DNA from: an uncultured Gammaproteobacteria bacterium
GTDB lineage: Bacteria > Patescibacteriota > Patescibacteriia > 2-12-FULL-60-25
Direction of reading: 5' to 3'
DNA: 36,376 nucleotides
Assembly: GCA_964615825.1 (NCBI GenBank)
Contig: CAZTQP010000003.1
Coordinates: 1 to 36,376, forward strand
In this document: positions 1 to 7,771 of the stretch, piece after piece
Layout of the letters: each line of letters opens with the position of its first letter
Numbering within the stretch: the first letter of the stretch is position 1
Program-made: the position numbers and the translations under genes
Notes under the pieces: generated by a model
What the model was told of the DNA's origin: nothing
What the model saw: the letters and a program-made list of their open reading frames with translations, nothing else
Databases searched by the model: none

Positions 1-130
1 GAACGAAGGCCATATAGAAAAGAGCGCTTGCCGCCAGCAAAATCGCCCAGCGGAATCGGTGAGGGGTAAAAAAATACAGTCCGGTAACCAGGGGGAAGAA
101 CAGGAAGTACCACAGTGAGTTGAAGGTCAT
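1..130 (-). CDS. MBOAT-family membrane-bound O-acyltransferase (AlgI/DltB-like), N-terminal fragment; the gene runs off the left edge
   Basis: Not in the ORF track because it is too short. The reverse complement of 1..130 starts at ATG (128..130) and reads MTFNSLWYFLFFPLVTGLYFFTPHRFRWAILLAASALFYMAFV. This is collinear with the N-terminus of the full-length MBOAT at 13286..14767 (MLFNSLAFLLFFPLVCLGYFLFPHRIRWAWLLAASCFFYMCFIP). Confidence 0.7.
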   Translation of the reverse strand, partial: MTFNSLWYFLFFPLVTGLYFFTPHRFRWAILLAASALFYMAFV

Positions 131-239
131 TGAAGATCAGGTTATTTTTTGCCTAAGCATAGCAGAAAGAGTGGGAGAAGAATAGAAAAACAAGGTTTGC
201 CACAGAAGAATGAATTTAGAGAGGAAGGAGGGTGTGTCG

Positions 240-268
240 TTGACAATATGGCTGTTTTTATATATAAT
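240..268 (+). promoter_or_regulatory. Perfect-consensus sigma70-type promoter: TTGACA (240..245), 17-nt spacer, TATAAT (263..268)
   Basis: Read directly: cgTTGACAatatggctgtttttataTATAATaag. It lies about 30 nt upstream of ATG 300 and upstream of GGAGG at 290..294. Confidence 0.55.
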
Positions 269-289
269 AAGCCGTCGATTCTGCAAAAC

Positions 290-294
290 GGAGG
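290..294 (+). promoter_or_regulatory. Shine-Dalgarno GGAGG, 5 nt before ATG 300
   Basis: The sequence is aaaacGGAGGaaaagATG. It is notable because native genes in this window lack such motifs. Confidence 0.5.
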
Positions 295-299
295 AAAAG

Positions 300-1187
300 A
301 TGGAACGACAAGAGTTCAGAGAGGTTCAGGAAGCGATCATGGCTGCCATGGTGGCAGCCATGGAAGCGGTGCGCGAAGCCCAGCTCTATGGGGGAGCGCA
401 GGGCGTAGGCATCAAGGCAGCCGACGAGACGCTCGTGACCGTCACGGATAAGAAGGTGGAAGTGATCATCTGTCAGTGTCTGGCGCAGTCGCTCCCTGAC
501 ATCCCTATTCTCGCGGAAGAGGGAACGTCGGATTGCGAGGCTAGCCACGCTCTGCGGATCTTGGTCGATCCGCTCGATGGAACGCGTGCGTTTTCCGTCG
601 GGCTCGCCACCAGCACGGTCATCATCGCGGCGATCGACCAGGTCTCTCAGCACGTCGTCCTCTGCATGGTGGGGGAGCCTGCTACGGGGCGGATCTGGTC
701 CGCAACCGCGGACACTCGTACCGAGCTGCAGATCTGGAACGGGGTAGCCCTTAGCCCTGCTCGGCCTGTACAGGTCTGGCAGGGAGCTCTGAGCCAGCAG
801 GCGACGGTCCTCATGGACGTCAGTCACGGGTTTAAGAAGGAGGGGCGACACATCCTCTCCACGGCTCAAGTGCAGGTACTCATGTGCCGGGTAGCTTCCG
901 AAACGAAGCTGCTCATGCCCGGTTCCAATGGTCTCCATCTGGCGCTCATGGCCAACGGGGGCACTGGTCTCGCAGCCCAAATTACCACTGCGGTGGGCGG
1001 CCCCTGGGACATCGCCGGCGTTCTGCTCGTGCAAAAAGCGGGCGGTTACGCTCGTGGCTTCAGGGCGGAGTCAGGCGTGCTTACGGAGGTCGATGCTCTC
1101 CGAATTACCGCCTGCGATATCCTGGTGACTGGGAACAATCCAGAAACGGTCGACCACCTCGTGTGCATGCTGCAGGATGTCATGTAA
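300..1187 (+). CDS. Inositol-monophosphatase / CysQ-family phosphatase
   Basis: ORF track gives 210..1187. I moved the start to ATG 300 because the promoter and SD lie inside the longer ORF. Family motifs: LAEEG, ILVDPLDGTRAF, WDIAGVLLVQKAGG. A hand-counted 60-nt sample is about 62% GC, well above neighbouring native genes. Confidence 0.8.
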   Translation: MERQEFREVQEAIMAAMVAAMEAVREAQLYGGAQGVGIKAADETLVTVTDKKVEVIICQCLAQSLPDIPILAEEGTSDCEASHALRILVDPLDGTRAFSVGLATSTVIIAAIDQVSQHVVLCMVGEPATGRIWSATADTRTELQIWNGVALSPARPVQVWQGALSQQATVLMDVSHGFKKEGRHILSTAQVQVLMCRVASETKLLMPGSNGLHLALMANGGTGLAAQITTAVGGPWDIAGVLLVQKAGGYARGFRAESGVLTEVDALRITACDILVTGNNPETVDHLVCMLQDVM

Positions 1188-1220
1188 ACGTTCATTTACC
1201 CCTTCCTTTACTTAACCTTC

Positions 1221-1262
1221 GCGCACCTATCCTTATAGTGATAGGTGCGCGATTATCTTTTA
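1221..1262 (+). terminator. Rho-independent terminator downstream of the phosphatase gene
   Basis: Perfect 11-bp stem GCGCACCTATC (1221..1231) / GATAGGTGCGC (1240..1250) with an 8-nt loop, followed by the T-rich gattatctttt. Confidence 0.55.
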
Positions 1263-1445
1263 ACTAAAAAACATCTAGAGTGAGCCATTTTTTAACCTAT
1301 CTAGACGACAGATCTTAAAATAGAGCCTAAGGACTATAAGTTTTTTGCTAAGGGATCGACAAAAGATTAGATTTGTGCTTAACTGTTCTGTCGGTCTACT
1401 CTCATGAGTAGGTCGCACGAACCCCTATTTCGTCAACGCAAAGTT

Positions 1446-1454
1446 AGGAGGAGG
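1446..1454 (+). promoter_or_regulatory. Strong Shine-Dalgarno AGGAGGAGG upstream of ATG 1458
   Basis: The sequence is gttAGGAGGAGGaccATG. Confidence 0.6.
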
Positions 1455-1457
1455 ACC

Positions 1458-3167
1458 ATGTTCCTTCAAAGTGGATGGGCGATTCGTATTGCCAGTGCCA
1501 TGGTGGCACTGGCCCTCTCAGCGGGGTGCGCTGATGAACTCGAGAGCGTGGCTCGTGATAGCGGAACCCTCTCGGACCTGGGTCGTGACGCGTCCCCCGA
1601 CGCGCCCAACGACCAGGTGACCGTCGACGGCGAACTGCCGTTCGACGTCTCCGACGATGTCGCCGATGGCGACGTCGTGATCGGGAAGGACGGCGACGTC
1701 CTCCCGAATGACAACGCCGACGTCTCGCCCGACCAGGGCGATGTCGTGCTGGACACCGACGTGTCGGAGGTGGGCGACGCCCGCGCCGACGCGGACGCTT
1801 CGTCCCCGGACGTCTCCGACGCCCCCGCGGATGCTCCCTGCCCCATGCCGGGGCAGGCCACATGCGGCGGGCGATGCACGAGCATCGCGACCGACCTCGC
1901 CAACTGCGGGGCCTGCGGACGCGTCTGCTCCGTCGTCAACGGGACGCCTGCCTGCGTGGCAGGGTCCTGCACCGTCGTCGCCTGCAACAGGGACTTCGGC
2001 GACTGCGACGGCAACCCCGCGACTGGCTGCGAGACCCCGCTCACAAGCACGGCCGCCCACTGCGGAGCCTGCGGCAACGCCTGCACTGCGGCAGCTCCTC
2101 TCTGCAGCGCCCGCATCTGCTCGACCGGCTGCGCGCCGGGCGAGACGCCGTGCGGCACCGCCTGCGTCAACACGCAGATGAACCCGTCCCACTGCGGAGC
2201 CTGCGGCAACGCCTGCCCTGCCGTGCTCAACGCGATGCCAGCCTGCGAAACCGCACGCTGCGGCTTCACCTGCCTCGCAGGGTTCCACGTGTGCGGCACC
2301 GCCTGCGTGAGCAACGAGGCTCCCGCCTCGTGTGGTATGTCATGCAGCCCCTGCCCGACGCCTCCCAATGCTCTCGCGACCTGCGCGGCGGGCGGCTGCG
2401 GCTTCACCTGCACTCCTGGCTTCCAGGACTGCGACGGCGTCGCCGCCAACGGCTGCGAGGTCAACCTCGGCAACACCGACACCCACTGCGGCCGCTGCGC
2501 CAACGCCTGCCCCGCGAGCTGGACCTGCGTCGCAGGCGGATGCGAGGGCGACCTCACGCTCTCCGCCACCGTCCAGCGCTGGGGAGCGAACACCACCGGC
2601 GACTGGATGACCATCCATGACGCCGTGTGGGATCCTCCGGTGGGGGAGCGATACTACTTCGACACCTTCGGCGACCCCGCGGCCTTCGGGCTGGGAGGCG
2701 GCGGAGGGTACTACCTCATGCGTGTCGGCCTCCGATTCCCTCGGGTGGCCGTAGCCGACCCCGCCACGGCCGTCGTCGTGAGTGCCACCCTTCAGTGGCG
2801 ACTCATGGACAACCAGACGGGCTACACAACGGAGTGGCAGGTGGGGTCGCTCACGCTCACCGAGCCAGACATGCCTACCCCGGCCGATTCGCTGCACACC
2901 CACTGGGGTACAGAGCGCTTCGGCCGCATCGCCAACCGAGCGGGAGGCGACCCGACCGTTCCGATCCTTCCTGCTGTTGGAGAGACGGTCACGCTGCCCC
3001 TCGACGCAGCCGGGCGCACCTACCTGCGCACCCTCTTCCTCCGAGGCACGTCTTGGCTCAGCGTCCGCGCCGAGCGTGACGTAGCCAACATCGCGCCGGC
3101 AGGCACCTCCCGTGCCGCCATGAGCATGAGGGACACGGTCCTCATCCTGCGGGTGCGCGCACCCTAG
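1458..3167 (+). CDS. Secreted cysteine-rich repeat protein, probable lipoprotein, with a C-terminal domain of unknown function
   Basis: ORF track gives 1404..3167; I moved the start to the SD-preceded ATG 1458. The N-terminus MFLQSGWAIRIASAMVALALSAGC is a signal peptide with a lipobox-like LSAGC. It is followed by an Asp-rich acidic linker. I count 40 Cys between nt 1839 and 2549, in recurring (H)CGxCGxxC...C modules. The last ~200 aa carry no motif I recognise. A hand-counted sample is about 73% GC. A terminator hairpin follows. Confidence 0.75.
   Translation: MFLQSGWAIRIASAMVALALSAGCADELESVARDSGTLSDLGRDASPDAPNDQVTVDGELPFDVSDDVADGDVVIGKDGDVLPNDNADVSPDQGDVVLDTDVSEVGDARADADASSPDVSDAPADAPCPMPGQATCGGRCTSIATDLANCGACGRVCSVVNGTPACVAGSCTVVACNRDFGDCDGNPATGCETPLTSTAAHCGACGNACTAAAPLCSARICSTGCAPGETPCGTACVNTQMNPSHCGACGNACPAVLNAMPACETARCGFTCLAGFHVCGTACVSNEAPASCGMSCSPCPTPPNALATCAAGGCGFTCTPGFQDCDGVAANGCEVNLGNTDTHCGRCANACPASWTCVAGGCEGDLTLSATVQRWGANTTGDWMTIHDAVWDPPVGERYYFDTFGDPAAFGLGGGGGYYLMRVGLRFPRVAVADPATAVVVSATLQWRLMDNQTGYTTEWQVGSLTLTEPDMPTPADSLHTHWGTERFGRIANRAGGDPTVPILPAVGETVTLPLDAAGRTYLRTLFLRGTSWLSVRAERDVANIAPAGTSRAAMSMRDTVLILRVRAP
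2056..2216 (+). repeat. 29-nt perfect direct repeat (2056..2084 and 2188..2216) inside the Cys-rich CDS
   Basis: cccactgcggagcctgcggcaacgcctgc occurs twice, 132 nt apart and in frame, each time encoding (P/A)HCGACGNAC. Confidence 0.9.
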
Positions 3168-3197
3168 CGCCTCCTGCTCGCCCCTTCCTTCCCTTAG

Positions 3198-3240
3198 TCC
3201 CGCTAGCCTTGCGTGCAAGCTAGCGGGACGTTTCTTTTTT
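3198..3240 (+). terminator. Rho-independent terminator downstream of the Cys-rich gene
   Basis: 10-bp stem TCCCGCTAGC (3198..3207) / GCTAGCGGGA (3219..3228) with an 11-nt loop, followed by cgTTTCTTTTTT. Confidence 0.75.
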
Positions 3241-3270
3241 CGCCTAACCAAGCTATCCTGATCCAGGTCA

Positions 3271-4632
3271 ATGAACTCTATGCTAAAAGAGCGTGTAACG
3301 AAAATAAAACAATTGTTCGCCACACGATTTTTTCGTGAAGGGACCATGCTACAGATTGGTTCATTTTTAAATACAGGACTCAGTACTCTCGCCTCCATTA
3401 TTTTAGTGCGTACCCTAGGTGCGGATGAATACGGAAAATATGTGATTGTGATCGCAAGCATCAGTCTTATTTCTTGGGTCACTGATCCCGGCTTAGATAT
3501 CGCGGCTCTGACCCGCTTAGCACCCCAGGCCGCTTCGGGAGAGCGCCCCGCTATCCAAGAATCGCTCGCCATCTATGTGCGTGCCTCGCTTTTATTTCTC
3601 GTGGGAATGGGATTCGTCGTTTTTCCGTTTGTCCCACTTCTGATGCAGCGCTATTTTCATGCTCCTGCCTTAGTCGTTCCTGTCTTATTCTGGATTACGG
3701 GCAACATGACGCAAATCGCCACGAGACTGGTGGTATTAGTATTGCAAGCCTTCCGTTTCTCGCGTTCACTAGTTTGGTTTGAGTCAATCTCGGGCCTTAT
3801 CTCCAACATATTTCGGATTTTAGGGGTGATCTCAGGCTTTGGGATCGTGGGGCTTGCGTTTGGATATATGGTCGGTGGTGCCGTGGCGGCCGTTATCGCT
3901 TTGTATTGGTATAGAGCCACACGGAAAAATAACCCAGATATTCCCCCTGTCCGTAGTCTTTTGCAGCAAACCCGTCAGGTATCTATGGGCGAGTTTGTAA
4001 AACAAAGCTTGATCATCATGTTTGATCGTCGTCTTTCAAGTTTATTGCCGACCCTCCCAGTATTTTTTTTGGGGAGGTACGCTACCGTCCAGCAGGTTGG
4101 CTATTATGAGTTAGCCTTTGGGGTGGCTACAACGGGATTTTTATTAGTCTCTGGATTCTCTCGTCTTATTCAGATTCAGCTTCCGCGCTCATTCGCGCAA
4201 GGCTACGTTGTATTGCGCAAACATTATCTCCAATCAGCTCTCGGAACAGGGTTCTTGTCGCTCATCATTTTATCAGTAATCGGTCTGTCCTCTTCTTGGC
4301 TTGTCCCATTCGTCTATGGAAATGAGTTTAGACCTGCGGTTCCTATTGTCTGGGCCTGCGTGATAGGACTTATTCCAGTTGGGTTCATGACGGGCAATGG
4401 TTCGATGTATCGTCTCTTGCCGCGTGGGTTGTCTATCAGTATTTGTATGACGATTGGTCAGCTCGCGGTGGGAGTCGCTATCTTGTGGATAGGTAGACTC
4501 TTCACCCAACCACTTACCGCCGTTTTAGCGATGTTGATCGTGTGGGGATGGGCAGGACTTTTTCTTCATGCCATTATATTGCAAATTCTCTTAGCGCGAA
4601 AAATTAACGCAGAAAAAAAAATGGCTATATGA
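3271..4632 (+). CDS. Wzx-like oligosaccharide/polysaccharide flippase (MOP superfamily)
   Basis: 453 aa and polytopic. The N-terminus (FFREGTMLQIGSFLNTGLSTLASIILVRTLGADEYGKYV) is typical of polysaccharide biosynthesis/flippase proteins. The stop overlaps the next start (ATGA at 4629..4632). Confidence 0.75.
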   Translation: MNSMLKERVTKIKQLFATRFFREGTMLQIGSFLNTGLSTLASIILVRTLGADEYGKYVIVIASISLISWVTDPGLDIAALTRLAPQAASGERPAIQESLAIYVRASLLFLVGMGFVVFPFVPLLMQRYFHAPALVVPVLFWITGNMTQIATRLVVLVLQAFRFSRSLVWFESISGLISNIFRILGVISGFGIVGLAFGYMVGGAVAAVIALYWYRATRKNNPDIPPVRSLLQQTRQVSMGEFVKQSLIIMFDRRLSSLLPTLPVFFLGRYATVQQVGYYELAFGVATTGFLLVSGFSRLIQIQLPRSFAQGYVVLRKHYLQSALGTGFLSLIILSVIGLSSSWLVPFVYGNEFRPAVPIVWACVIGLIPVGFMTGNGSMYRLLPRGLSISICMTIGQLAVGVAILWIGRLFTQPLTAVLAMLIVWGWAGLFLHAIILQILLARKINAEKKMAI

Positions 4633-5843
4633 GAAATGTGTCTTCACAAATGCTCGCGATCCTTGGAAATATTCGCGTAGACACGCAAGAGCGATTTGCT
4701 CATTTGCGCGCTTCCGTCCTGTCTTGCGCCGATATTGAGGCTGTATGGCACATAAACGCCCGTGGCTCCTTACGAGAAGAGGTACGAGTCTTTTTTTTAG
4801 CCACCCTCGGGACACGGGTGACGCTCTATGACCTCATGGATGAATCGCGCGGCTGGTTGGCTACGGCAGAGCAAATGCTGAAAACGATGTCGCAACCGTA
4901 CATATTGGTTTGGAACGAAGACCATCTGAACGTCGCTCCCGGCAATCTCTTTGGCGAGCTAGTGAACGATATGGTTACTGCTAACGCAGACTATTTGCCC
5001 TACTCTTGGTGGCAAGCAGGCCGATTACGTAGCTTGGTAGACCTGGTGTCGTCTTCACGGGTTCAGTCAGGGAACGTGTCAGATACCATAGCGTTAGACG
5101 TACCCACCTGGCGCACGGCCTGCGCCAAAGGGTATCCGTATTATATTATTTCTTTGACCGGAATCTTTCGCCGTGAGCTATTTCAGTCGTTGCTCACGCT
5201 TGATCAAAAAAAATGGTCCTATGCCGCAACTGAATGGGTATATCGTCTTATGACGGTTCTAAACCGTTTCGGGATCGTTTTCCACCAGCGAAAAGCCTTT
5301 GCTGCGCTCAATCGTCTTCTCGGCTATCGATTACGAAGGTTTCCCGCCTATTTCCCTTTCGACCTAGAGAAAGGGCCTGATCGTGAAGACGTGTTGCCGC
5401 TTCGTATCACCATGCCACGCCAAGAATTATTCGGCTGTATCGATGACGATCTCGATCTTCCGGGTTCTCAACTAATCAAACGAGGGCTCTATCCCATTAT
5501 CGAAGGGCTGCCATCCGGGACGGATATCTCCAAACTGGGTCGGGAGGATACGGTCTTGCACACCGAAGAGGATTACCGGGTACGATCGCACACCCTTGAA
5601 ATCGGCAATCATATCATCAATGCCTATTATGAAGACGGGGTTCGTACGGGTACGATAAAGCATGTCGGATATTTTGTGGTCAAAGGTAGGATACAGCTTG
5701 AAGGAGTAGACCAAGCGTTTGCAGGAACCTATGCGACAGGGCAATGGATCTCTTTGCCGGCTAATATCCGTCATAAGTTGACAGCAGAATCCACTTCTAT
5801 CATCCTTGAAGTAACATCAAACCGCTTAGGAATAGCTAAATAA
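4629..5843 (+). CDS. Hypothetical protein, translationally coupled to the flippase; possible glycan-modifying enzyme with a cupin-like C-terminal beta-region
   Basis: 404-aa ORF with no family motif I can name. The C-terminal HVGYFVVKGRIQLEGV...GQWISLPANIRHKL resembles a cupin barrel. The coding call rests on length, operon context and the ATGA overlap. Confidence 0.55.
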   Translation: MRNVSSQMLAILGNIRVDTQERFAHLRASVLSCADIEAVWHINARGSLREEVRVFFLATLGTRVTLYDLMDESRGWLATAEQMLKTMSQPYILVWNEDHLNVAPGNLFGELVNDMVTANADYLPYSWWQAGRLRSLVDLVSSSRVQSGNVSDTIALDVPTWRTACAKGYPYYIISLTGIFRRELFQSLLTLDQKKWSYAATEWVYRLMTVLNRFGIVFHQRKAFAALNRLLGYRLRRFPAYFPFDLEKGPDREDVLPLRITMPRQELFGCIDDDLDLPGSQLIKRGLYPIIEGLPSGTDISKLGREDTVLHTEEDYRVRSHTLEIGNHIINAYYEDGVRTGTIKHVGYFVVKGRIQLEGVDQAFAGTYATGQWISLPANIRHKLTAESTSIILEVTSNRLGIAK

Positions 5844-5862
5844 TTCACGACATATCCGTTAT

Positions 5863-6213
5863 ATGGAAGAATCTCGTATAACCCCTGTGATCCAAAAGCC
5901 TTGGGGACAAGAAGAGTTGCTTGAAACTAGCCCTGCCTACACCGTAAAACGGCTGCTTATGCGTAAAGGCTGCCAATGTTCTTATCAGTATCACGAATAT
6001 AAGCGAGAAACGGTCTATTGCCTTTCCGGCGTCCTGACGATTAAAGGAGAAGGAGAAGACCGTCTTTTAAAGCCGGGAGAGTGGTATACCATCCTTCCTC
6101 TTGAAAAACACCGCATGTTTGCCGCAGACGAAGATTGCGTCTACCTAGAATGTTCTACTTCAGAGCTGGATGATGTCGTGCGTTTAAAGGATGATTATGG
6201 ACGCACCGTATAA
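5863..6213 (+). CDS. Stand-alone cupin resembling the type-II phosphomannose isomerase domain of ManC/AlgA/XanB
   Basis: Contains KPWGQEELL, YTVKRLLMRKGCQCSYQYHEYKRE, EKHRM and the C-terminal DDVVRLKDDYGR, compared with the canonical RPWG.E ... QYHHHRSEHW ... DDIVRLEDDYGR. Confidence 0.75.
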   Translation: MEESRITPVIQKPWGQEELLETSPAYTVKRLLMRKGCQCSYQYHEYKRETVYCLSGVLTIKGEGEDRLLKPGEWYTILPLEKHRMFAADEDCVYLECSTSELDDVVRLKDDYGRTV

Positions 6214-7771
6214 AGTTGTTATTGCCGCCTCTGGGGTCGGATCAGCGTTGGGGGATTTTATCCAGTATACAAATAAAGCCTTGATCCGCGTCGGTCGCAA
6301 GCCCGTCATCTCCTATATCGTCGAAGCGTATCCAAAAGAAATTCCGATCGTCGTCACGCTTGGGTACAAAGGCGATCTCATCAAAGAGTTCTTATTGATG
6401 GCATACCCTGGCCGTGTATTTGAGTTTATAGATGTGGATGTGTATGAAGGAGAGGGATCATCTTTGGGGTATAGCTTGTCGAAAGCCAAAGAGGTCCTTC
6501 AATGCCCCTTTATCTATCAGGCGGTAGACACGATCGTACTGGAGCCGATCGGAGCCCCCACGCACAACTGGATTGCAGGATGTAAAACGCAAGAGCTCAG
6601 TAACTATGCCGAGCTAACGGTGGTAGGAAATGCCGTAACACGAATCAAGGAAAAAGGCGCTGCCTTTGCGGGCTGGGCGCATATTGGGTTGGTGGGCGTG
6701 CATGACTATGTCGCGTTTTGGGAGGGTCTTGATGCGTTGTTGGTAAAATCCCCTCAAGTACCGTTGGGTGATGCGCATGTCATAAGCCAATTGCTGGCAG
6801 ACGGGAAAGAATTTGTATTAGCACCTATTGCGCGTTGGCTTGATACCGGGAATATCGTGTCATTGCGACACGCTCGTGAGCAGATCCCAGATGCGTTTGA
6901 AAATCTGGATAAGCTAGACGAAGCCATCTATCTCTTTGATGACTACGTGATAAAGTTTTTTGCCAATGCAGACGTAGCGCGTAAGCGGGCAGAACGTGCC
7001 GCGCTGCTCGCACCGCTTGTTCCTCCGCTCGAAGCGGCGAGCGCGCATTTTTATCGGTACGCCTATGTAAAAGGTGACCTCTACTCTAAGGTTGTCACCC
7101 CGGAAGATGTGGGTACATTTCTGTCCTGGGCAAAGGAGCATCTTTGGCGACCAAAGCAGGCGGTAGATGATGGCGCGTTTGCGGGTTTATGCACGAAGTT
7201 TTATTTAGATAAAACACGTGAGCGCGTCCAACGCTTTTTAGAACAGACGGGCATACACGACGCCCCAATCCAAATCAATGGAGTCAATGTCCCAGGTGCG
7301 CTAGAGCTCATTGCTCAAATCGACCCAAGCTGGTTCTCCAAAGGAGAGCAGACGATCTTTCATGGAGATTGTATTTTGGAAAATATTATTAAAACGCCAA
7401 CAGGCTACGCCTTAATTGACTGGCGCCAAGATTTTGCAGGGTTGTTAGAAGCGGGGGATTGTTATTATGATTTAGCTAAGTTCCATCATAATCTCGTCGT
7501 GAACCATGAGATTATTAGCCGCGACCTGTTTGAAGTACGAGAAACCGAAACGGGCGTCTGGTGCGATATCATGCGTCCACAAAACATGGTAGAAGTGCAA
7601 AATGCGTTTCTGCTTGAATGCCAGCGGAGAGGGTTTGATGTCTTACGGATACAGCGCTTATCTGCCATCATTTGGCTAAACATGGCACCTCTGCACCACC
7701 ATCCTTTTGACCGCTTCCTTTATTATTTTGGACGTCTGCAACTATGGAAAAGTCTCTCCCCACACGCATAA
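6191..7771 (+). CDS. Bifunctional nucleotidyltransferase (N-terminal) / APH-choline-kinase-fold phosphotransferase (C-terminal)
   Basis: The N-terminus KVVIAASGVGSALGDF..NKALIRVGRKPVISYIVE is an NTP-transferase fold. The C-terminus has HGDCILENII (Brenner motif) and YALIDWRQDF. It overlaps the upstream gene by 23 nt; ATG 6197 is an alternative start. Confidence 0.75.
   Translation: MIMDAPYKVVIAASGVGSALGDFIQYTNKALIRVGRKPVISYIVEAYPKEIPIVVTLGYKGDLIKEFLLMAYPGRVFEFIDVDVYEGEGSSLGYSLSKAKEVLQCPFIYQAVDTIVLEPIGAPTHNWIAGCKTQELSNYAELTVVGNAVTRIKEKGAAFAGWAHIGLVGVHDYVAFWEGLDALLVKSPQVPLGDAHVISQLLADGKEFVLAPIARWLDTGNIVSLRHAREQIPDAFENLDKLDEAIYLFDDYVIKFFANADVARKRAERAALLAPLVPPLEAASAHFYRYAYVKGDLYSKVVTPEDVGTFLSWAKEHLWRPKQAVDDGAFAGLCTKFYLDKTRERVQRFLEQTGIHDAPIQINGVNVPGALELIAQIDPSWFSKGEQTIFHGDCILENIIKTPTGYALIDWRQDFAGLLEAGDCYYDLAKFHHNLVVNHEIISRDLFEVRETETGVWCDIMRPQNMVEVQNAFLLECQRRGFDVLRIQRLSAIIWLNMAPLHHHPFDRFLYYFGRLQLWKSLSPHA

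Noticed and set aside
149-1034. ORFs 149..451 (+), 258..1034 (-), 884..1267 (+), 928..1128 (+), and the 210..299 N-terminal extension of the phosphatase ORF
   Set aside because: They overlap the well-supported IMPase-family frame and have low-complexity translations. The 210..299 extension would place a perfect promoter and SD inside the coding sequence, so ATG 300 is preferred.
1839-2549. Repetitive sequence that might have been a CRISPR array or another non-coding repeat
   Set aside because: The repeats are in frame within a CDS and encode recurring CGxCGxxC peptide modules. Only one pair is perfect at nucleotide level (29 nt), and there is no regular repeat-spacer periodicity. No CRISPR-like array was seen anywhere in the window.
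131-3270. Calling the high-GC segment a mobile element or genomic island with defined borders
   Set aside because: I found no integrase, transposase, recombinase, terminal inverted repeats or flanking direct repeats. Only composition and expression-signal arguments exist, so it is reported as a finding and not as a mobile_element feature.
1444-3572. Many long ORFs in other frames and strands across the high-GC gene (for example 1466..2614 -, 1518..2288 -, 1862..2620 +, 1708..2181 +, 2340..3572 -, 2627..3079 +)
   Set aside because: These are typical stop-codon-poor artefacts of ~70% GC DNA, and their translations are Arg/Pro/Ala/Gly low-complexity strings. Only the frame 1458..3167 has an SD, a signal peptide, an ordered Cys-repeat architecture and a downstream terminator. 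The 2340..3572 ORF also runs through that terminator and antisense into the flippase gene.
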